Assembly (NCBI GenBank): GCA_002269645.1
Contig: NIVC01000723.1
Location: 62,001 to 126,000, forward strand
DNA from: Macrostomum lignano
Taxonomy: Eukaryota
DNA: 64,000 nucleotides
Direction of reading: 5' to 3'
Made by a program: the position numbers and the translations under genes. Below the pieces are notes generated by a model, which did no database searches, was not told the DNA's origin, and saw nothing but the letters and a program-made list of their open reading frames with translations. Shown one piece after another: positions 56,685-64,000 of this stretch. The first letter of the stretch is position 1. The number at the start of each line of letters is the position of its first letter.

Positions 56685-57135
56685 TGATTTCTCGTTGCTA
56701 TGCGGTTGCTGTGGTACCGGATAGTACAATTTCCCGTTGCTACGCGGTTGTTAGGGTATTAGATAGCAGAACTCCCCGTTGCTATGCGGTCGTTAGGGTA
56801 TTAGATAGCAGAACTCCCCGTTGCTATGCGGTCGTTAGGGTATTAGATAGCAGAACTCCCCGTTGCTATGCGGTCGTTAGGGTATTAGATAGCAGAACTC
56901 CCCGTTGCTATGCGGTCGTTAGGGTATTAGATAGCAGAACTCCCCGTTGCTATGATGTTGTTAGGGTATTGGATAGCAGAACTCCCCGTTTCTATGCGGT
57001 CGTTAGGGTATTAGATAGCAGAACTCCCCGTTGCTATGCGGTTGTTAGGGTATTGGATAGCAGAATTCCCCGTTGCTATGCGGTCGTTAGGGTATTGGAT
57101 AGCAGAATTCCCCGTTGCTATGCGGTTGTCGGGGT
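56685..57135. repeat. 39-bp minisatellite 3' of DBF4
   Basis: About 11 copies of CCCCGTTGCTATGCGGTCGTTAGGGTATTAGATAGCAGA. Confidence 0.95.
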
Positions 57136-57524
57136 ATCAGAATAATCTAATTCCCTCCTAACATGAGTCAGTATGTATCCAAGATAAGTGAGGCTTTCTA
57201 CGAGCAGCATTTTTCCGGTGCACGCGAATTTCTCTTGTCCAAGTCTGTGACGATATTTTGCGCACTTTTATTTCACTTGTCAATCATTTTTCTTATTATA
57301 TTATGAGGTGCGCCTGTTGCTGTGCCATGCGAGCCGAAGTGTTTATATCTAAAATTGTACTTGAGGTTAGCTGCTCAATCAAGTCATGAATTTGCATTCA
57401 ATATTGGCTTTTGTTAAATATATATACACGCTTTACTCACCAAATTTATTATTGAATATTGCTTACTGTTCGTATGTTATGCTTTTCATTTCTGTTAATT
57501 AAGCAACTGATAGGGTAAGTGGGG

Positions 57525-58240
57525 ATACATGAACTTCGATAGGGTAGTGCAGATCCCTGAGGAACTTTGAGAGGGTAGTGCAGATCCCTGAGCAACTTTG
57601 AGAGGGTAGTGCAGATTCCTGAGCAACTTTGAGAGGGTAGTGCAGATCCCTGAGCAACTTTGAGAGGGTAGCTCAGATCCCTGAGCAACTTTGAGAGGGT
57701 AGCTCAGATCCCTGAGCAACTTTGAGAGGGTAGTGCAGATCCCTGAGCAACTTTGAGAGGGTAGCTCAGATCCCTGAGCAACTTTGAGAAGGTAGTGCAG
57801 ATCCCTGAGCAACTTTGAGAGGGTAGTGCAGATCCCTGAGCAACTTTGAGAGGGTAGTGCAGATCCCTGAGCAACTTTGAGAGGGTAGCTCAGATCCCTG
57901 AGCAACTTTGAGAGGGTAGTGCAGATCCCTGAGCAACTTTGAGAGGGTAGCTCAGATCCCTGAACAACTTTGAGAGGGTAGCTCAGATCCCTGAGCAACT
58001 TTGAGAGGGTAGCTCAGATCCCTGAGCAACTTTGAGAGGGTAGCTCAGATCCCTGAGCAACTTTGAGAGGGTAGTGCAGATCCCTGAGCAACTTTGAGAG
58101 GGTAGCTCAGATCCCTGAGCAACTTTGAGAGGGTAGCTCAGATCCCTGAGCAACTTTGAGAGGGTAGCTCAGATCCCTGAGCAACTTTGAGAGGGTAGTG
58201 CAGATTCCTGAGCAACTTTGAGAGGGTAGCTCAGATCCTT
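57525..58240. repeat. 31-bp minisatellite GAGAGGGTAG(TG/CT)CAGATCCCTGAGCAACTTT
   Basis: About 23 copies. Confidence 0.96.
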
Positions 58241-58407
58241 GAAGATTTTACTTCCCTGTAACTCAATACTAAATTTGACCCTTTGAGCTTCTTATCGTCT
58301 GATTAATCTATTTTCATGCTCTCAGCCGTGTGCTTGGCCAATAAGAATAGGACAGAATTACCATTAGATTAATCTATATATAAATAACAATAGAATAGAC
58401 GGTAAAT

Positions 58408-61051
58408 ATGCTATCGTCTATGGCCAGACCTGGCGGCAGCGGTCGTCGCAGGCGGAACAGCCAGGGGGAGCCATCGGCGGGAGATCAACAGCAGCCGCAG
58501 CAGCAGCGGACGGTTCTCAGCGCCAAGCAGAGCAGGCTGTCCCCGGTGGTGCAGGCTAGCAACTGCAACAGCACAGCCATGGTGCTGCAGAAGACGCCTG
58601 TCCAGCAGCAGCAGCATCCGGCGGCTCAGCTGCATCACCTGGGCCATCAGATTCGAACTGATACTGGGCGAAACGATTACTACACAGTCCTAACCCCGGA
58701 GGACCTCTGGGACTCCATGCAGCGAGTCATTGACAGTGCCGCTGAGGTGCTGCACTTGCCCAGACAGTACATCCGGCTTCTGCTGAGGGCCTTTCGCTGG
58801 GACAAGGACCGACTGCTGGACAGGTGAGTGGGCCGCTGCAACTCTCAGGGTCCTTTAGAGGGCCGCTGCAACTCTCAGGGTCCTTTGGAGGGCCGCTGCA
58901 ACTCTCAGGGTCCTGTGGGGGCCGCTGCAACTCTCAGGGTCCTTTGGAGGGCCGCTGCAATTCTCAGGATCCTTTGGAGGGCCGCTGCAACTCTCAGGGT
59001 CCTTTGGAGGGCCGCTGCAATTCTTAGGATCCTTTAGAGGGCCGCTGCAACTCTCAGGGTCCTTTGGAGGGCCGCTGCGACTCTCGGGGTCCTTTGGAAG
59101 GCCGCTGCGACTCTCGGGGTCCTTTGGAGGGCCGCTGCAATTCTTAGGATCCTTTGGAGGGCCGCTGCAACTCTCAAGGTCCTTTGGAGGGCCGCTGCAT
59201 CTCCCAATTAGAGTCTCAGGTTATCCAACCGATCTGTGCTTTGCCAACCCGCAGCTATTATGAAGCAGACCCAGACGAGTTCCTAGCCAAGTACCACATA
59301 CCGCAGCAGCAGCAGCAGCAGCAACAAGAAAAGCAGCCGCACAGCTCAGCAGAAATGTGCGAAATCTGCCTGGCCGAATCTCCGAGTTTAAGCGGAGCCG
59401 GCTGCGGGCACAGGTTCTGCTCGGACTGCTGGACCGCCTACCTGGAAGAGAAGATGGCATCCAATGGCCAGTTCGATGCGTTCCAATGCCCGGCGCACAG
59501 GTGCCCAGCCCAGGCGGACGACTTCTTGGTGGATCAGCACCTGATTAATGGCCGGCTGCGCTCCCAGTACCGCCGATCCATTCTCCAGACCTACGTGTCA
59601 AACACTCGCCGTCTGGCCCCGTGCCCCGGCCTCGACTGCGACATGGCCGTCAGCTTGACCGACGACACTGGCGGCCTGGTCTGCCGCGTCACCTGCCGCT
59701 GCGGCAAGTCGTTCTGTTTTGCCTGCGGCAACGACTGGCACGAGCCGATTGGCTGCGAGATGCTGCGCAGATGGTTACAGAAGAATGAAGGAGAGTCCAT
59801 GAATACTCAGTGGTTTCTGGTGCACACTAAGGTAAGTGCGACCGGTGCACAGGTGTGGGCTTCTACTCTTGTTCTGAGGATAATTCCCTTTTTTGTATGC
59901 AATAAACTGTGAACTGTCAATGGGATAATTCTCCCCGTTTAGTATGGGATTAACTGTCAATAGGATAATTCTCCCCCTTTTAGTATGGGATAATTCTCCC
60001 CCTTTTAGTATGTGATATAAACTGTCAATGGGATAATTCTCCCCCTTTTAGTGTGGGATAAACTGTTAATGGGACAATTCTCCCCCTTTTGTATGGAATG
60101 AACTACCAATGGGATAATTCTCCCCCTTTTGTATGGAATGAACTACCAATGGCATAATTCTCCCCTTTTCTATTGGATAAACTGTCAATGGGATAATTCT
60201 CCCCTATAAAAGAAGTGACTTGTTCCATTGACAGCTTATCCCCTGTAAAAGAGGAGAATTATCCCATTGACCGTTTATCCCATACAAAAGGGGATACATG
60301 TAAACTGTAATTAGGATAATTATATGGGATGAGCTATATAATTAATCTCCTGTTTACCGGCCGCCACCAGCCCTGCCCCAAGTGCCACGCCACCATCGAG
60401 AAGGACGGCGGCTGCAACCACATGGTGTGCCGCAACGTGAGCTGTCGCTACGAGTTCTGCTGGGTGTGCATGGGCGAGTGGCAGCCCCATGGCAACCAGT
60501 GGTACAATTGCAACAGATTTGACAAGGACCGAGCTGACAAGCTCAAGCAGGCGCAGGCGGTCTCTAGGGACTACCTGGTTCGCTACCTGCACTATTACGA
60601 TTTGTACATGAATCATCGCCGCTCCATGGAGCTGGAGTCGCGCCTCATTGGCATCATCAGCGCCAAGATGACGGAGATTCAGCAGGCTGGCCTGTCCTGG
60701 GTGGAGTGCCGGTTCCTACGCGACGCGGTGGACGCGCTGTGCAAATGCCGCCGGGTGCTCATGTACACCTACGTGTTCGCCTATTACCTGAAGCCCAGCA
60801 ATCAGCAGAGAATATTTGAGGACAATCAACGCAATCTGCAGCTGACTACCGAGGCACTCAGCGAGGTGCTGGAACGCGAGCTGGACCTCGCTAATCTTCA
60901 GCGCCTGAAGCAGAATGTGCAGGATCGCTACCGTTATTGCACTAGCCGGGCGGCTGCACTCCTGCAGCACGTCTACGAGGGCTATCAGGGCGACTGGTGG
61001 ACCTTCGATATGAATGGCGGCCAGCCTTCGCCTGGAAATCCGAGCGGTTGA
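58408..61051 (+). CDS. ARIH1: Ariadne RBR E3 ubiquitin ligase, ARIH1-like; exons 58408-58823, 59255-59831, 60371-61051 (557 aa)
   Basis: UBA-like [13 protein letters not shown]1 CEIC...[19 protein letters not shown]...[15 protein letters not shown]2 [19 protein letters not shown], and Ariadne domain RYLHYY...IFEDNQ. Splice phases are consistent. Confidence 0.9.
58828..59200. repeat. Intronic 30-bp minisatellite GGGCCGCTGCAACTCTCAGGGTCCTTTGGA
   Basis: About 12 copies starting right after the donor. Confidence 0.95.
59905..60300. repeat. Degenerate intronic repeat (TGTCAATGGGATAATTCTCCCCCTTTT) with an inverted terminal copy
   Basis: About 7 direct copies, then inverted copies at 60245-60295. 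Confidence 0.85.
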
Positions 61052-61149
61052 CCGACTATCTCACTTGGTCGAGCTTAACTATATGACTGTTAATGTGATC
61101 GCTCTTGAAGTATTCCATTGCAGAATCCACTCTCAAAAGTAGCTCTCCT

Positions 61150-61560
61150 TGAAAGCGCCGCTTTAAACTTGCCGCACTTTAAAGTAGTCACTTTGAAGTT
61201 GCCGCTTTTTGAAGTTGCCTCTTATTTGAAAAAGCCGCTCTTTGAACTGCCGCTCCTTTGAAGTTGCCGCTCCTTTGAAGTTGCCGCTCTCTGAAGTTGC
61301 CGCTCTTTGAAGTTGCCGCTCCTTTGAAGTTGCCGCTCCTTTGAAGTTGCCGCTCTTTGAAGTTGCCACTCCTTTGAAGTTGCCGCTCCTTTGAAGTTGC
61401 CGCTCTTTGAAGTTGCCACTCCTTTGAAGTTGCCGCTCTTTGAAGTTGCCACTCCTTTGAAGTTGCCGCTCTTTGAAGTTGCCACTCCTTTGAAGTTGCC
61501 GCTCCTTTGAAGTTGCCACTCTTTTGAATTTTCCGCTCATTTGAAACAGCCGCTCTTTTG
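61150..61560. repeat. TTTGAAGTTGCCGCTC(C) 16-18-bp repeat
   Basis: About 20 imperfect copies. Confidence 0.92.
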
Positions 61561-62269
61561 AATATACCGCTGCTCTCTGCGTCTCTCCCTCCTATTTCAA
61601 CATTTATTAATATTGTCCCGTCTTTTCGGCCAGTGCTCCCCCAATACAGTTGGCCTTTGGTCAGGCCTTACCCCCTCTCACTTTGTCTTCATTCGAGTCT
61701 TCAGCTCATTTATTTATTTATTTATTTATTTATTTTACCTGCGTCGGATTTTGGTAAATCATCACTAACACGGTGGGTTCTTCATGAGAGATTTTAGCTG
61801 GTCTCGCGCTCGCTCTGTCTGCAGTTTGTTGTTTTAAATAACTGCAAATTATCCTTTGCGCTCGCACCTGTGCGGCTTTATAAAACCAAACAAGTGAGTT
61901 ATTATTTTCGTCATTTGCCCAACGAAGCAAAGTCTTAAGCATCAGTTATGGATTTGAAATGAGACATTTTTAGTTTAAAACAAGACAAAAGGAATTTTAT
62001 TTGAAACGAAAATTAGCACTGGGCATTTTGGCGCATATTAAGTTTCGCTTGTTATAAATGGCGCTTACTTTTTTTACTTGCTTGGTCGAACTAGTTCATT
62101 GCGGCACAGTCTGATTTGAGGCTGTATAAAAATGGTCGTTTAAAAACTTTCATTTTCATATGAAAATATACTTATGCAGAGTCTGATTTAGTCTTGCGAA
62201 TTTGCCAATTCTTTCAAAAACTTATACAATCTATTTTCTTTCTCTTATGTTTTTGTCCGTTCTGGTGCC

Positions 62270-62625
62270 AGCCAATCAGCGATGAGCGTCACAGTTTGCT
62301 GTTCACTGGAAAATTGTACTCGGCATTGGCTACTTCCTTAGCCAGTTATCGACGAGCGCTACACACAGTTGGCTGTTCACTGTACAATTGGCTACTTCCT
62401 TAGCGAATCAGCGATGAGCGCCACACACAGTTGGCTGTTCACTGTACAATTGGCTACTTCCTTAGCCAATCAGCGATGAGCGCCACACACAGTTGGCTGT
62501 TCACTGTACAATTGGCTACTTCCTTAGCCAATCAGCGATGAGCGCCACACACAGTTGGCTGTTCACTCTACACTGTTCACTGTACAATTGTACTCGGCAT
62601 TGGCTACTTCCAATCCTTAGCCAAT
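62270..62625. repeat. 62-bp tandem repeat rich in CCAAT/ATTGG
   Basis: AGCCAATCAGCGATGAGCGCCACACACAGTTGGCTGTTCACTGTACAATTGGCTACTTCCTT, period 62 (62402, 62464, 62526) plus degenerate flanks. Confidence 0.9.
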
Positions 62626-62959
62626 TAGTAATGTCAGTCAAGGTAATATTTGAAAAAAATGTTTAATATAGCCGGGCCATCAATGCGATCAAATAGCAAA
62701 AGAATGGTGCCACGTTGTATTTATTATTATATAGACATTTTGGCAAATCAAACGCAGACAGTCGCTAAGAGACAAAAAAGCACAAGCTATTCTGTGTAAA
62801 ATAGTATGCTCTTATATAATTAGCTAAAATGAAGTTCAAATGACTCATCATGACGTTATAAGCAGTTCAAATGCAGCGTGAAAGCAAAGCGGAAATTTTT
62901 TTTCGCAAAAATCAGGTAAGTTTGTTCATTGATCGGGTTGCTGACAGTAGTATATGGGT

Positions 62960-63330
62960 ATAAAAAGCAAAATATATATATTCGCTGAAATCTAAAGTTA
63001 TAAAACTGATGTAGGAGGCATTTTTGCAGTGACGGTATCGCCTCATCCCTGCCAGTCATAAATAGCGTGTTAGAAGGGGTTTGATAAGAAGATCCCCCTG
63101 TGTGCAAGTAGAACGCTGCACTCTCGCTTTTAATATGCATTTTAGAGAAAATAATTTCCCAGTCTTTGAGCGCTTGTAAGTTCGAGTAATTCTGTAGGCC
63201 TTTTTGTGCTTGATGCTGCAAAAACGTTTCACGATTCACGGCTCGTTGAATTGTGAAGTAAACGAAAGCAAATTCAAATTCGCGCCAGAAGGAGGGCGTT
63301 GTTAAACAAAACTTCAATGCCAATAAAATA
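62960..63330 (+). mobile_element. Possible DNA-transposon (P/THAP9-like) remnant
   Basis: Stop-interrupted plus frame RGLIRRSPCVQVERCTLAFNMHFRE loosely resembles the GL.xPS C-terminal motif of P-element transposases. Weak. Confidence 0.2.
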
Positions 63331-63677
63331 TCTTGTGAAACACACTAAAGAGAAAAATTCTGAAAAGTCACTGTTAAGCTGAAATTCTGAGCTTGTGGTG
63401 AGTTTTTTAAACAGTGTTTCATTTTTTATTAACTAATGCCCGTGTCTTTGTTGAAAATTTGAACTCACGGAACGAAATTGTAAAGGGAATTTATCCAAGG
63501 GCACAGGTTGATGAAAATACAGAACAGCCAAGCAAGCAGAGATAATATCGGAAACTGATTTACTGAATGCTATAAAAAATGCAAAAAAATATTTTGAAGA
63601 TAAATTTTCCCAGATGAAATACTATAAAGATGTTCTTTATTCGGCCTTCAAAAAGCCCTTTTCTTTGCTTCCTAGCC

Positions 63678-63934
63678 TCAGAAGGTCACAAGCAATAAAA
63701 GTGCAAGAATAACGGCAGCAGCTGTCAACATGAAGGCAATGTGCCGCCTGCGACGGTAACTCGCTGCGCTGTTTAGATGCTGGACTACAGAATCTGGTCG
63801 CTCGTCAGCTGTTGCACCTTCACCACTGGCCGTTGTCGGCTGTTTCGAAGGTTGCCTGGTCACCATCGGCATCGCCTGGCCAGCCGGGAGGTCGCCGGTG
63901 CCGTGAATCAGCAGCGACCAGCTGTGCAGGGTGG
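63678..63934 (-). CDS. Last exon of a proprotein convertase (furin/kexin family): end of P-domain, spacer, hydrophobic C-terminus
   Basis: Acceptor CCCGCAG, then TLHSWSLLIHGT (P-domain terminal strand LxxWxLxxHGT), an S/T/P/G-rich spacer, and RRRRHIAFMLTAAAVILALLLLVTF-stop. Confidence 0.78.
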
Positions 63935-64000
63935 CTGCGGGACGGGATGAACCAAATTCATGCAATGTACCGAGGACTTCTTTTAGAGGCAGGGGGGTTG

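Noticed and set aside
56660-57998. 161-aa and 167-aa repetitive ORFs
   Set aside because: Translations of the 39-bp and 31-bp minisatellites.
62856-63323. 155-aa minus-strand ORF
   Set aside because: AT-rich, atypical codon usage for this genome, no domain recognised.

Overview
Eukaryotic (animal) genomic DNA. It has GT-AG spliceosomal introns, CAG/polyQ-rich GC-rich exons and a different mini- or microsatellite in nearly every large intron. This style and the receptor clade suggest a flatworm such as Macrostomum (inference only). Genes I can reconstruct by hand: (1) the polyQ 3' end of an unknown gene (1-600); (2) a complete Cys-loop nAChR-like subunit with the anion-type Pro-Ala filter and no vicinal Cys (4708-12632, +); (3) three long orphan low-complexity ORFs (15968-22842, -); (4) a complete 33-exon otoferlin-like type II ferlin (46232-23405, -) with one GC-AG intron and two 1-bp homopolymer frameshifts; (5) DBF4 (+); (6) an ARIH1-like Ariadne RBR ligase (+); (7) the last exon of a furin/kexin-like convertase with a C-terminal hydrophobic segment and no cytoplasmic tail (-). 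Mobile DNA: three copies or fragments of a tRNA-derived SINE, a 3' LINE fragment with RNase H, decayed DIRS-like and KDZ/Zisupton-like elements, a small MITE-like inverted repeat and a possible solo LTR. The best leads are two related but oppositely oriented minisatellite arrays in the receptor intron, strong CpG loss and TpA gain confined to decayed transposons (RIP-like), the altered ligand site of the anion-type receptor, and the tail-less convertase. All motif counts and alignments were done by eye, with no database searches.
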